A DNA stretch of 63,349 nt, filler included, from Hyphochytrium catenoides (taxonomy: Eukaryota > Protista > Hyphochytriomycota): the NCBI GenBank assembly GCA_900088475.1. It is 10 parts of 10 records of this genome, joined end to end, with 100 filler letters (N's around TTAATTAATTAA, not from the genome) between each part and the next. Parts side by side here need not be neighbours in the genome. Positions count along the whole stretch, not along the records: positions 28,065 to 36,083 come from FLMG01001248.1; positions 36,184 to 45,277 come from FLMG01002195.1; positions 45,378 to 47,949 come from FLMG01000659.1; positions 48,050 to 51,743 come from FLMG01001906.1; 6 more parts are not named here. One strand, given 5' to 3'. The first letter of the stretch is position 1. Each line of letters begins with the position of its first letter. Positions 35,901-48,751 of the stretch are shown piece after piece. A program made the translations under genes and the position numbers. The notes under the pieces are model-generated. The model saw nothing but the letters and a program-made list of their open reading frames with translations. It was not told the origin of the DNA and ran no database searches.

Positions 35901-36310
35901 TCAGCAGGATGACAACAGAAAATCGGAGAGAGAGAGATATCCATAGAGAGAACCGCAGAAGAGATGAAGGAGGAGATCAGAGGCAGAAAGAGAGAGATGC
36001 CAGGACCAACTGCGACAGAGGACTATGAAAGAGAACCCAACACACTCACACACATACACGGAGAGAGAGAGAGAGAGAGAGAGNNNNNNNNNNNNNNNNN
36101 NNNNNNNNNNNNNNNNNNNNNNNNNNNTTAATTAATTAANNNNNNNNNNNNNNNNNNNNNNNNNNNNNNNNNNNNNNNNNNNNTTGACGATATGTAGCAG
36201 ACGGCAAGCCCTTGAATAGAGCTGTGTAAAATAAGTGTAAATAGCAGTTCCTACTGGTACGATCAAGGTGACAAGACCGACTGGATGCAAATCTCTCCAC
36301 AGAAGGCGTT

Positions 36311-37809
36311 TCATTGCGCTTTTTTCGGTGGCGGACCAAGTTTGAAAAAAGTGCAAGCGTTGTCATAGAGTTGTCCTGCTAGATCTGTCTCCTCCATCTC
36401 TAGAATGCTCGCTAGCCTTTGCAGAGCGATTGTAAGGAAAGCCGGCTCATTAAGCTTCTCGGTGCTGCTTCCTAGCTCATAATCTGGCTCTGTAGAAGGC
36501 GACGGCCGAGCCTGTAAGCCCATCTCCTCCAGCACCTGGACAGGTAGAGTGCTAAGCATAAGAGAGTTCTGGCCGCTACCTGGAAAGCTTATCTCTCTCT
36601 CTGTAGAAGTCTGACGGAAGCGCTCTCGAATCCTTTCCGACTGACAAAGAAGTTAACAGTCTGTCCTCACCTCAGGCAGCGGCAGCTGATCGGGTGCATC
36701 TGACTCGATGAGCAGAGAAGAGAGAGGCAGCTCTCGACAAAGCTGCTGGGCCTTGTTGTTCTTGGTGTTACAGAGGGCGGCAGCGGAGAAGGAGAAGCAG
36801 GCAGGGCCAACTTTGGCGAAGTTACGTGTCAGCTCCAGTGAGCCCGAGTATGAGTGGAAGAGGAGCGGCGGACAAGGTTTCTCCATGGTCGCTTGCAAAA
36901 TCTCTAACAGCTTGCCCTGCGCTGTTCGAGCATTAGTGCTCCATCAAGGTTCTGTCTTCTTTCTCTTTAAGTCTTAAGCATGTCTCTTAGGCGCTCTGAG
37001 CTTCACTAGCATGAGCCAGCCCACTCCTACTGTCTTCACTCACCTGAGACGCAGTGAATGGTTATCGGTCGATTGAGTTCCTGAGCTAACTTTAGCTGCT
37101 CCTTAAAAGCTTCAGCTTGAACCTCCATAGGCACACGTTGTCCTTTCCTTGATTTGTCCAACCCAATCTCTCCAACCTGGAACAAGCAAAGAAGAAAGGA
37201 TTCCCATCAAGAGAGAGAACAGCCGAGAGAAAGACTGTCAGGATCCAAAGCTGGTGGCAGGAGAAGACACACGCACGTAAGGGCCCGGACTCTAGGCAGA
37301 CTTTAGGGCATGAAGAGTGCTAAGTCAAACGCCTCATTGGCCGTCAAAAAGATTGGACGTTGCAAAGAAAGAGGGTTGTTGCGGCCTTCCGTCAAGACTA
37401 TCGCCTCCGTAGAGAGCACCGCCCCTAAGTTGTCAAGCCAAGAGAACCAGCAGCCAGCAAAGAAGAAGAGGCGTGAAGGAGCAGAAGCTCCTACCCCTGC
37501 ACTTGGAAATTGGACCAGATAGGACTTCAGGGTATTTAGCGTACGGCCCTCTGATATCTTGTCAGCCCACCAGGGGTGGAGACCAAAGTTGGGGACAATG
37601 AAGCTTTCATATTGTCGGGAGAGAGAGGCAAGAGCCGCCCAGTCCTCCTCACACACTGCGCAAACTCCGACCTTTTCCACTCCCGCCGCCTTAGCAGCCT
37701 CAATGACTTCATGCACTAAGCGTCTCTCTTTGTCTCTTCCTCCGTGTCCTAACCCCAAACGCAGCCGAGGCGAGGAAAGATGCGAGTGCACATCGAAGAG
37801 ACGAGGCAT
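36311..37809 (-). CDS. tatD: TatD-family metal-dependent nuclease, 4 exons
   Basis: Motifs DVHSHL, GLHPW, VGEIGLD, TIHCV, FHSYSGS, IESDAPD and NEPA; GT-AG introns. Confidence 0.92.
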
Positions 37810-38427
37810 CTCTCACTGGTTCTTCGCTGCCTCCACCATGCTACACGCAAGCCCTAGATAACGAGGGGCCACAACGATGAAGAAGAAGAGTCAATCAAAG
37901 AAGACCGATAATGAGTAGATAAGGTGAAGAGATTGCAGTCTAGGTAGCGCCAAACAGCATGAGCAGGCCCGCGAGGGAAGCTCCGCGACTGATGCGTGGG
38001 TGATACAGAGAAAGATCTTGGTACAGTACTATAACAGACGCAGGAAGGCCTTCTGATGACAATAATGGACAATGAACCGAGTCAGAGATAGGCGTTAGCG
38101 GCTACGCGTAGCAGTGTTCTTCGCTCTTTCTCCCCTTCCTTGCTGCACTCTTCATCCTTCTTCAACCTCTCTCACACATTCCTCCCATCCCTGCACTTCC
38201 AGCCTGTGTGAGAACAAGCCCATCGCCAGCGAAGAAGAGAGACAGAAAGGGAGATAAGAAGGCGCTCAATCCGGAGAGAAAGGTGAATAGGGAGGACGTA
38301 GAGCCCGGAAGAGGAGAGAGTGCGCCATAGATAATGAGAGCTCCTCTCTACCTTTAAACCCTCAATCCTAAGCGTAGAACCAGCCAACAGGTAGCAGGGA
38401 GGCCAGGGAGGAAGAGGAGGGGACGGA

Positions 38428-38737
38428 ATGAAGGCTGCGCTTTTCTCCTTCCGGACGCCCACTTCTCCTCCTGCTGATACCTGTGTGGAGGGCTGGGAGG
38501 ATCAGAAAGAGAGAAAGCTTTTGGACGAAGAAAGTGGCTGCGGAACTCTTCAGTCTCTGGATGCCGAACTTCTGAGGGAGTTTGATGCTGGCCCTTGTGA
38601 TCGTAGCAGAAGCAAAACAGCGTCTCTCTTGCAACCTTTGTTCTTAGGTCTCTTCGCGGTCTTCCTTCTACACTTGCTGCGCGGTAGGTACTTTTCTCTC
38701 CTCTTGGTTGAGCAGTTGTGCTGGGTCGTTGGTCTGC

Positions 38738-38769
<32 letters not shown>

Positions 38770-39894
38770 CTCTCTCTCTCTCTCCCTCTCTCCGTTTCTG
38801 CTCCTGAAGTTATGGATGCACATTTCTGTCGCTACGCGGGTCCGGGTTAGCGTCTTCGCCCCACCCCATAAAGCTGACAGACCCGTCAGTCCTCTTCATC
38901 CCCGTATCGCTCGTTAACTCTCATTCTCACTTTACTTCTGTTAACAGAACCACACTTTACGTTCGACAGCCTTGTGCTGCACGTGAAAGCTCTTAGTAGG
39001 GCAGCCAGTTATGTCTTCCAGTCCTCCCACCATGCAGATCCCGGCTTGCCATCTGAGGGTACACTCCACGGAGTTACTCTACCAGACTAGTGGACAAACC
39101 AGGCGAGCCCGATGTAGGGATAGAAGCGTAGGGACTCTCTATTAGAGGAGTGTATATTACTAGGGTCGACACGAGGAGAGACTAGTGGGAAAGAGGATAA
39201 ACAAGCTACAACGGCATCTGCCGCTGTTGGGAAGATTCCAATGAAGATTATGGAGGAGTTCGAGGAGTACGCCAAAAGGAAGCTGCAATTAAGCAAGACG
39301 CTTCTTTGGCGAAGTTATGCGCCGAATAGTAGCAACGGATGGAAGGTTGAAGAGGACTCAGTGAGCCAGACTTGACTAGTCCCCACCTCTTCGCCGAAGA
39401 AAATATGACTGACTCTTCGGGCCGCACATTGGCTGTCTCTACAATCTCATGTAACCTTCATGTCTAAGCTTCCTCTGACCATAGTATTTTCTCGAAGCCC
39501 TCGACTGCGAGTCTCTTCAGCCTCGCCTCTCCTAATCTGCGGGATATTGCCTTCAGCCAATGACTGAGAGAAGTCTGGAGATGAGAGTCTAAAAGTGAGA
39601 TCCTTGTCCGAACCACTCGGGCAGAGGATAGAAGAGACTTTGGTGTACACAATATTTTGAAGATCTTTCATTATTGTCGATCATTCAATCTCCCATATAG
39701 CGCAGGAGATGCGTTACCTTTGGCGGTCAAGATCCCAAGAAGCTGAGATTGAGAAGAGGCTAGCAAGAGAGCGGTACATGGGCAGCCGGAAAGGGATAGT
39801 TAACCTGGTCAAGAGTACCCTCGCCATAAACTCAAGAAGTCAGTCCTTACAGCTTCTTGATATTTATGTGCACAGTTTGGAGGGAAGCCCTTAA
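38428..39894 (+). CDS. Hypothetical protein, tentative 5-exon model with one N-proximal hydrophobic segment
   Basis: Phase-consistent GT-AG joins give ...LFAVFLLHLLR|VMDAHFCRYAGP|EPHFTFD...SE|GSTRGE...VEEDS|EMRYLW...GSP*. It is divergent from TatD. No family recognised. Confidence 0.35.
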
Positions 39895-42555
39895 ATTGAA
39901 TTATGGCGCTGCTGCTTCCCGAAGCTGTATGCTGCTAGAGAGTCACTGCTATTCAGAGCTCTTGGTCCCTGGTTTGAGCTTTAAAGCTATTTTCTCAAAC
40001 GTGTTCTGCAATCGTCTGAAGCACGGAAGCCGAAGCTTCTACCGCTTCAACTGCTTCTGCTAGATTTTTTTTTATCAGTCTCCGTCTTCTAGCTCAACGC
40101 GTATTGGCTGTCCAGCTCCTTCTCTCGCCCTCCAAGTGCCAAGCAACACACCATGAATATATCTTATAACTAACTGTCTCCAGGTCGTGGCGCGAGGGTA
40201 GTAAGTTCAGTTATCTGTTCTATGGCCCTCAAGAAACCTTATAAGCACCTGTTCAGTATGCGACCATTGGCAATCCAGATTGCTCGGTTGTTATTGTCCT
40301 ACATTTCCCTTGAGGAAGATGGCTGACCATGCACCACAAGAGATCCCTGTCGTGCCACTACGATCGAAAGTCCTAAGTTTCGAGAGCGGTAGGTACATAA
40401 TGCTACTTCTGACATCAGGACTAGCGCCATATACTCCCTAGACAATAGGGTTCCCTGTCTTCCCAAATGCTCCGTCCTTGCACATCACGGAAGCTCCACT
40501 GATAATTGCTATTGGTGGTGAGTGGTGAGACCCTTACCTGCTCAGGCCATCGCAGAGAAAGCACAAGCAAGTGAAGATACAAGGACTCGTGCCATCAGTG
40601 CATTGAGCTCTTCTCTGTTAACTCTCAGAGTCCTTATATTATCTGACCAGGATCACCGCAGAAGTGCTGCCTGCACTTCAGGTGAAGGTTGGTTTCACTG
40701 GTCGCATCCTCTCACCGTGGGGACTGTTTCTGACCATCGGCCACACTTGCGGCTGGTAGCGTAACGACGCTATAACTCCTTTTCTCCTAATCAACTCCGT
40801 CATCTGTGTCCGCCTTCCTCTAGATCTTTCCCTAGCGGCCTGATGTGATGGCCACAAGGCACCCCGCACCTGAAAGGTCACCCTGGAGCTTTCCTTCCTT
40901 CTCTCTCTCTCTCTCTCTCTCTCACACACTCTCTCTCTCTCTCTCTCTTTTTCTCTCCCGTCTCGAACAAAGTGGCCCGCCCTACAAACGCCCGCCCCTC
41001 CAACTGATTCTTTCCTTGGCTTGGCGCTGCTGTGGCCTTGAGCACCATCAGAATCTGCGCTGGCACGCCTGCGATCCAGCGCCTAAACAAGTGCAGAGGA
41101 TGACGCCACTTTCCACCTCAAAGCGCAGTTCTGAATCTATGAGGGAAAAGATAGAAATGAAACGGATTATTAGGGTGACTGGCTACTTATCCTAAGATTA
41201 TATATGCGGGATTTAGGATAGAATCTACGTTGAAGGGCGACCTTACAGTCAATTAACTGTGACGCGGTACACTGATTGGCTGGTTTAGATCTCTCTAGCC
41301 AATCATGGGGCTCCCAGGGCTGACTTCTCACCTCTCGCACTCTGTCTCTGGCCCTTGTAGAACTGAAGCGATGATCTGACTGTTGAAGTGACAGCACAGG
41401 ACAAAATTCCCCATAAAGGTTTTGTTCTCAGAAAGATTCCCCCTAAAGCTTCCCAGGAATATTTCAACGCGGGCACACACTCCTTCAACTGTGTGGGAAC
41501 AAGGCGTAGCAGATGAAAGGTTCAACTTGAAGTATATGAAAGAATAGATAGGAATCTAGGGGTGATGAAGGTGCATGCGGCACACGACAGAAAGGAAGAC
41601 AGAGAAAGGCAGGAATCTACCGGTCACCTTGTCAACTCTTCAGCCAGCCAATGTGTCTTTTCTCTCTCTGTCTCTCTCTCTCCCCTCTCTCTCTCTCTTT
41701 CTCTTTCTCTTTCTCCTCGACTTTCCGCTCTGGCTCATTGGCTGTTATGTCCTCACCACTCTGTCTGTTAGGCTTACGCATTCCACTTCCCTCTTTCCCC
41801 ATCCATCAACATCACAACTCTTTCTTGTCCTGTCTGTCTCTTGGCCCCATTTCCCTCCATACTCTAGCCTTAAAATTTGTCACTAGCTAGACAGCTTCTG
41901 TGCCCTCATCATGATTCCCCTTCACTCTCTGCCCTTTGCCCTTGAAGGGGCAGACAGAGGAACAGACCGAGCTGTCCCATACATGGCAACAAAAGGCTTG
42001 TGTGCCTATGAAGAATGTTCCCTCGATGCACGCAGCGCCATCAGTTCATGTCCAAAGGAACCAAAGGAGAAAGAAAGGTAACCGCTGCCTGGGAGCCCAA
42101 ACTGCCTGCAACTTACCCTGCAACTGGATACCATGTCTCTGGTCTCTTCCCTCACATGACACCTCTTTCCCTGTCTCTTTCTTTATCTGCGGGTGCCTCT
42201 GTCTGGTGACGTGAAGTTACGCAAGAGTGATGTCGTCCAGTAGTAGCTACAAAGTCTTGACAGGCTGAGAAGTCAGACAAAGACATGCCTGACCAATGTT
42301 GCTGCTACACTGATGGCACCCGAGAGGAGTGAGAAAGAAATGGAAGAATGGAGGAAAGGGACTCTTCAAGCTCCTTAGAAGGAGAGAGAGAAATGGAGAG
42401 AGTGAGAGAGACAGAGGGAGAGACTGAGACTAAAGGGACAGCAAGGAAACAAGGAAGACATCGCGCACATCCAAATTTTCTTGGTAGCAATCAAATCAGC
42501 CTTTCCATTGAGAATTCTCTATCAGAAGCTTCGAACGAACTTCAAAGCTTTAACC

Positions 42556-43236
42556 ATGGGCATCCCCGTACGCTCCCAGGCCTTCACGGCCAAGACTTCC
42601 GCTTCCCCTTGCTCGGAAGTGGACGCAGTTCAAAGTAGAGGAGAGAGAAAAGAAGACAACATGCCAAAGAAATATATCCCGCGGTCTGAGATCATACGCA
42701 TTCACCCACAAAGTCAACTCTCTACAAATAGGGAAGAGCCAAGATCCTCAGACTTCATTGCCGCCGAGGCACGGTCACAGCTGCCTTCTGAGTCCATCAA
42801 GCACCTGCAGGAAAGACAAGGACAGCAGACCGAGGAAAAAGAGAGACAGGGAGCTGAGAGGGACCAGGAACACCACGCCACGCTCTTTCAGACTATTAGA
42901 AAGTGGAATGAGGAGCAATCAACGAAGCGGTGGACTAAACGATTGGAGAAACTGGACCAGCGGCTCTTAGAACGGGACCAATACGCCATCACTTCTCACA
43001 CAGAGACCCGTCATAGACGGGCTTGCAAGTACCTAGCTCAGCCTCTTCCTTATGCAATTGGCCTCGAAAGCATTCCGGAGAAGAACATGGTTGTCTATGG
43101 CGGACGGAGCAAGCCTGAGCAAGAAGAATTGTGGAAGAGACTCTCAGTTCGTCAAAGACCCGTAAGAGTACGACTCCCTCTAGAGTCATCAGGGAAGCCA
43201 CCGAGGATAATGCCAGCGTCCTTCTTCCTCGCCTAA
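42556..43236 (+). CDS. Hypothetical basic/charged protein (about 226 aa from first ATG)
   Basis: Long non-microsatellite ORF with protein-like composition; no family recognised. Confidence 0.5.
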   Translation: MGIPVRSQAFTAKTSASPCSEVDAVQSRGERKEDNMPKKYIPRSEIIRIHPQSQLSTNREEPRSSDFIAAEARSQLPSESIKHLQERQGQQTEEKERQGAERDQEHHATLFQTIRKWNEEQSTKRWTKRLEKLDQRLLERDQYAITSHTETRHRRACKYLAQPLPYAIGLESIPEKNMVVYGGRSKPEQEELWKRLSVRQRPVRVRLPLESSGKPPRIMPASFFLA

Positions 43237-44525
43237 AAATGACTAGAAGATGCTCTTGAAGCTTCCTCTCTCTTCCTCACTCTTTTCCTTTTCTCTACAT
43301 TAAGTTATTTATCTGCTTATTTATTTGCCCTCGCTTCATATGATCCTCCTCTCTCTCCTCTCTCTAAAGGATATGAGTGGATATTCACGTATAAATTAAT
43401 AGAGTAGACACCAGCAGTGGGTCTATAGGCTTCAGACAGTCTCTTGCTCTTCTCCATGGACAGTGGTGCTTCCTTTCCTGCTTGAATATTGTTGCTCCTC
43501 GTTGTGGCTCAAGATTCACCTCTTCCAGCCGCAGCTCTGCCAGTCATCCGCCATTCCCTCATGTTCTATAGGCCGGATGACTGCCTTGCCAACAAGTGGT
43601 ATCTTGCCCACAGATAGTGCACGCCTCCTCCCATCTGGTGGCCAGGGACGAAATCTCGGCCGGGCCTAGCCACCGTCCCTGTCTCTTTGAGAAATTCCAT
43701 AATTCTCTCTACTCTTTCCTTCATCTTCATTGCATCTGCCCTTCGGACTCTGCCTCAGGGAAGGGGGGCGGGCGATGGTGACGCACTTTGATGTGTTCGA
43801 CCTCAGCGGCTAGTCCAAATAAGGAGCAGGAGTCGGACGAGGTGGCTGTGCTATTAACAAATTGTTAGACTTGGCGTTTCTTTGTCCTATTGTTGCCTAG
43901 TAGTTCTAGTCAAGGTTCCATCAGTCTCCGCGTGGCTGGAAGTTGTTTCCGACTACTGCTAATCTCACGCTGTTCTACTAACAGGATAGTAAATGTGTGC
44001 GATGGCTCCTCTTCACTCCAACCGCAATCATGAGTTGACATCCCTTTCCTCAAGGAGTTCTGCACCTAAGAGAGGCGTAAAATACGACTTGAACGGAGGC
44101 TTCTGTAGTATCCAAGACCGCCGCAACCCCAATATGTCTCCCATTCTCTGTCTGGATATGTTGCTGGTGTTTTAGCTGTCTCACTCTGTTCCTCTATCCC
44201 CGGAGCTTCCCTGGGCATCACTTAAGACGCTAGCTACGGCAAAGGGAACTCGTGTGAGGCTATAGTTTGAGATAAGTAAGAAGCTTGTCACGAAACAGCT
44301 TTGCGATAGGAAAACTGAGAGGCTGAGCTACTCGTCGTTATTTATTTCTAGATAACACCCTCTCTCTGGCTCTCTCTCTCCCTTCTATTTGTCCATATGT
44401 ATGGCTGCATGTCCTATGCTGTTCTATCTGTCTATCCTTTGACGACGCCTACCACTCTTTACGGATGGCAAAGCCCGCAGCTCTTTACGTACAGATAAGG
44501 GAAATATTCAACATCATTGTATTGT

Positions 44526-45277
44526 TTAGTCCTGGCTCCTCACCTCAGGGTTGACCGGGATGGGTCGCTGGAGAAGGTTTTCTATGGTTAGCTCCTGAGA
44601 TCTTGTCCTCTGCAGCTCTGCTGTTATAATGTCCCGAGGAATGTGAGGTAGAACTTCCGCAACACTATCAACCTAAACAATTGGAATGGACGTCGTCAAT
44701 AAAGGGCAGCTCCACGGGAGCCTCCTGTTTCTGCTTTCGTCCTTCAAACTGTAGGTCTTCTATTGCCTCTTGCGACCCTTCTGGCTGGCAAAAATTTTCC
44801 TTTTCACACCATGGGCTTTCCTGGCCCTTTCTTTCTTGTCTTACTAATTTAAATCTAACCCTTCCGCTGCCTTTCTTCGCGCTTACCCAGGCGGACGGAA
44901 CTTGAGCCACGGCTGCGGGATGGGGGTGAAAGTGTGGGCCTTGACGTAGAACTTGAAAGGAGAAAGAAGGCAGTGGAACCCAGGGTGGCAGATTATCAGC
45001 TGCAGATGGGACCAAATACATGTCAGCCTCATTTTAGCGGTATGAGAGGGAAAACAGGTGAGTGCTAGGAGGCATAAGCGCTATTACCACGGAGGAGTCC
45101 TCGAGCACAGGGTGAGAAAAAGGTGTATACCGATGCCAGAGACTTACTGGTAAATCTAAACAGCTGTTCCCCTCCGTCAGGGCCCTGCTGCCCTGGAGCA
45201 GGTGAAGGATGGGGTCTGGGAGGCATCTCAGGGTGAGGAGGAGGATGCTGGCCAGCTGGCGGCGGTTCCCTTCCAAG
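44526..45277 (-). CDS. gp78/AMFR (plant RIN2-like) ERAD E3 ligase, C-terminal part with CUE domain; 5'-truncated at the spacer
   Basis: Three exons splice to ...GEQLFRFT|TDNLPPWVPLPSFSFQVLR...QVPSAW|VDSVAEVLPHIPRDIITAELQRTRSQELTIENLLQ.... The F.F...W.PSFS.(E/Q)V motif followed by a CUE domain matches the gp78 family. Confidence 0.75.
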
Positions 45278-45377
45278 NNNNNNNNNNNNNNNNNNNNNNN
45301 NNNNNNNNNNNNNNNNNNNNNTTAATTAATTAANNNNNNNNNNNNNNNNNNNNNNNNNNNNNNNNNNNNNNNNNNNN

Positions 45378-45550
45378 GATTTTAGCAACTTTCCTAAACT
45401 CCTTAGCCTTCGTCTCTGGGCACTGCATCTCTTGCCAGGAGAGAGGGACAAGGAGATGGCCACTCTCTCCTCTCGCCACCACCACGCCAAGGTCAGGCGC
45501 TGCTGTAGATAAATAATAGGACCGAGCGTCGCCTAGAGATATAATCTATG

Positions 45551-45583
<33 letters not shown>

Positions 45584-46063
45584 GGAGGGAGAGAGAGAGA
45601 GAAAAAGAGAGAGAGAGAGAGAGACGGGGTTCGGAGAAGAGACAGGAGTAGAGAAGAGTTAGAAAGAAGAGGAGGAGAAGAGAGAGAGCAGGGTGAGGAG
45701 AATGGGCGAGGGAGTAAACGACTGTTGTTGAAAAACATAGAGAGAGAGAGAAAAGGAGTGAGAGAGAGAGAGAGAGAGAAGGGACGTGGAGAGAGACTTG
45801 ATAGAAACGCATTCCGAAAGGTAAAAAAAAGGGAAGGAGACAGAGAGACGTAGCCAAGAGAGAGAAAGAGAAGCAAGACCAATAAGACATTCCATTATCA
45901 AAGGAGAGGGAAAAGAAAGAGAGAGAGAGTCACCAACCTTTGCTCTGACAATGTCTCCCGGGAGAAAAGACTTCACGATCTCCACTTTGTCTATGTCAGA
46001 GCTCCTCACATCTTCCTTCCGAATCACTCCCGCGTACGCCTCAGCGAGTGCCTACGAAGAGAG

Positions 46064-46096
<33 letters not shown>

Positions 46097-46749
46097 AACG
46101 GAGAGACCAAGCAAGGGAAGGACAGAGAGAGAAAAGAGAGAGGAACAGAAAAAGTGAGAGAGAAGTCAATGCAAGATAGGGACACAGGGGATGGAAGCAA
46201 GAGAGATGGGAAGGAAAAGAGCGGGTTAGACAGACGACACACAGAGAGATGAAAAAGAGAGAGAGAGAGAGAGAGATGAAAAAGAGAGAAGGAGAGAGAG
46301 GGAAAGAGATCACATAGAACACGATAGAGACAGTAGTGGAAACGGAAGGGAGAGAAATAACTAAAAAGAGACAACACAGGGAGGCCTTCACGGAGAAGAG
46401 AAACGGAGAAAGAAAGAGAATCAGAGAGAAAGAGGAAGAATTATACAGCGAAATAAGAGCTACCGAAGGAAAGGAGAAAGGGACCTGAGGGGAGAATGAA
46501 GAAGAAGAGAAGAGAAAGATGCCAGGGATGCAGGACCCAGCGTGTTAAGAGACAAAGAAAGAAGAGGGAGAGAGACGAGAGGAGGAGAGATGAGGGCAGA
46601 AGTGGAAGTAGAGTGAAGAGAGAGAGAGAGAAGAGAGAGAGAGAAAACGAAGGAGAGAGACAAGAGAGAGAGAGAGAGAAAATGGAGGAGAGAGACAAGA
46701 GAGAAGGGAGTCGAGAGGATTATAGACAAAGAGAGAAGAATACACCCAG

Positions 46750-46790
<41 letters not shown>

Positions 46791-47628
46791 GCACCTTGCC
46801 CTCCAGGCATAGAACCTCCATGACGGCTTGTCTGGCGGTGATTCTGCTGATTCTCCCGGTCACAATGTCTCCAACCTGAGGCGCTCGCACCACCTGCTGC
46901 GCATAGAACTCTACTGACACGACCTCTNNNNNNNNNACGGAGGGAGGGAGAGAGAGAGAGAGAGAGAGACGGAGGGAGGGAGAGAGACAGAGAGAGAGAG
47001 AGAGGGAGAGAGGAAAATAAAGAGAGAGAAAGAAAGTAAGAGTGAGAGTATAAGGGAGAGAGAACAGAGAGGACAAAACGTAAGAGAGACCCAGAGAGAA
47101 AGCAGAAGGGAGAGAAAAAGAAGAGAGTGAAAGATCCAGAAGCAAAGGAGAGAGAGAGACACCGCGGGGAAAGAGAGGGCCATATCAAAGAGAGATAAAG
47201 AGAGTGGACACAAAAGAAAGAAGAGCGCGTAGAGACAGAGGAAGGAACAGGAGGAGACGAAGGGAGAGGAAGAGAGATGGAGCGGGGAGAGAGTGAGAAG
47301 GGAGATAGGTTTTTCTTGAATGAGGGCGTCGGTTGTCTCCTCTTTCTTCCTGACTTCTATGGGATAACTAACTCTCGTCCCTCTCTCCTCGCTTCTCTCT
47401 CTCTCTCCTTCCGTTCTTACTCTTCGTTCACCCACTTCAGCCCTCTCTCTCTCTCTCACACAGCTCTCCACCGTAGTCTCTCTTTTTTTTTTCTCTCTAC
47501 ATTTCTTGCCCTCTTCTTTCTCTCTCTCCCCCCACTACCTGCAAATCCTCTCTTCGCTTTCTCTCTCCCTCACTTTCTCTTGCCTACTTGTCTATCACTC
47601 TTCCCCTTCGGATTATTCTAACCTAATC

Positions 47629-47665
<37 letters not shown>

Positions 47666-47802
47666 NNNNNNNNNNNNNNNNNNNNNNNNNNNNNNNNNNN
47701 NNNNNNNNNNNNNNNNNNNNNNNNNNNTTCTCTCTCATAAGTTCCCTCTCCTGCCGCCAGATGAGAGACAGAGCCCAGCCGCTGACCCGGCACTACGAAC
47801 AT
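45378..47802 (-). CDS. EXOSC1: RNA exosome cap subunit Csl4/EXOSC1 (interrupted by N gaps; stop lost at contig edge)
   Basis: MFVVPGQRLG...AAGEGTY, PQVGDIVTGRISRI, YAGVIRKEDVR...KSFLPGDIVRAK|IISLGDARSYYLSTA.PDLGVV...SWQEMQCPET...EFRKVAK. Confidence 0.92.
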
Positions 47803-48059
47803 TTCTCTCTCTCCTGTCTTTCTTTCTCTTCTTCTCTTTTCTTCTCCTTGCTGTCGCCTTGGCCTCTCTTCCTACTATGTCACTAGAGGCTAGGAGAGAA
47901 AGAGAGAGAGAGAGAGACAGCTAAAGGGAGAGAGGCAGACGTGGAAAAGNNNNNNNNNNNNNNNNNNNNNNNNNNNNNNNNNNNNNNNNNNNNTTAATTA
48001 ATTAANNNNNNNNNNNNNNNNNNNNNNNNNNNNNNNNNNNNNNNNNNNNTGTTCTATTC

Positions 48060-48751
48060 CAGCCTCTTCTTGGGATCTCGTTCTTCCAGCTGCCACTGTA
48101 GTTTTTGTTTTTTGCCTTCTTTTCTTGCAGTCACTGCTTTGCCGGTGGTTGTGGGCAAGCTTTTCTTTCTGAAGCTGCTCGTCTTCTGATCTTCTTTCAT
48201 TACTTCGTTATTGGTGGCCCTAGCTCTGGTCGGTGCACAACACCGCCTTTCTTATGCCTCTTCTTTTGTCCCGCCCCGGTTGAACATCACGGCTACAGGA
48301 AGGTTCCCTTTTACTATCCTTCTTGTTGGTTTGCTCGGTTTCTAACGCATTGTTATTTTGCTTGCCGCTGGAACCGCCTTCACCTTTTCGCATGTTGTTC
48401 TAATAGTGGGCTCTGCGTACTGTGGTGACTGCTCGTCTTGTGCTGTGCTTTGTATGTCCTCAGTGCCTCCTTTCCCGCTTTTCCCTAGCACTTCATCAAT
48501 CACTCTGTCGGTGCACGCTTGGACATAGCGTTCCTGAGAGTTTGGAAAGCATTATCTATTTGGCTAGTATTGGTGATAGCTAGTTCGCAGCCTCCTCCTC
48601 ATCTGCCACTGTTATAAGCTTCGTCCACATATTGCCCCTCTCTATGGTTCAATCATGGTTATAATCCCTCCTGTTGGTTTACTCCGCTTCTATTTTCTTG
48701 ACTGCACAACTACAGCGGCAGCTGGAAGAACTAGATCCCAAGTAGAGGCTG
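48060..48751. mobile_element. Candidate degenerate inverted-repeat element (44-bp arms, 3 mismatches)
   Basis: 48060-48103 cagcctcttcttgggatctcgttcttccagctgccactgtagtt is the reverse complement of 48708-48751 aactacagcggcagctggaagaactagatcccaagtagaggctg. No target-site duplication is visible. Confidence 0.4.
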
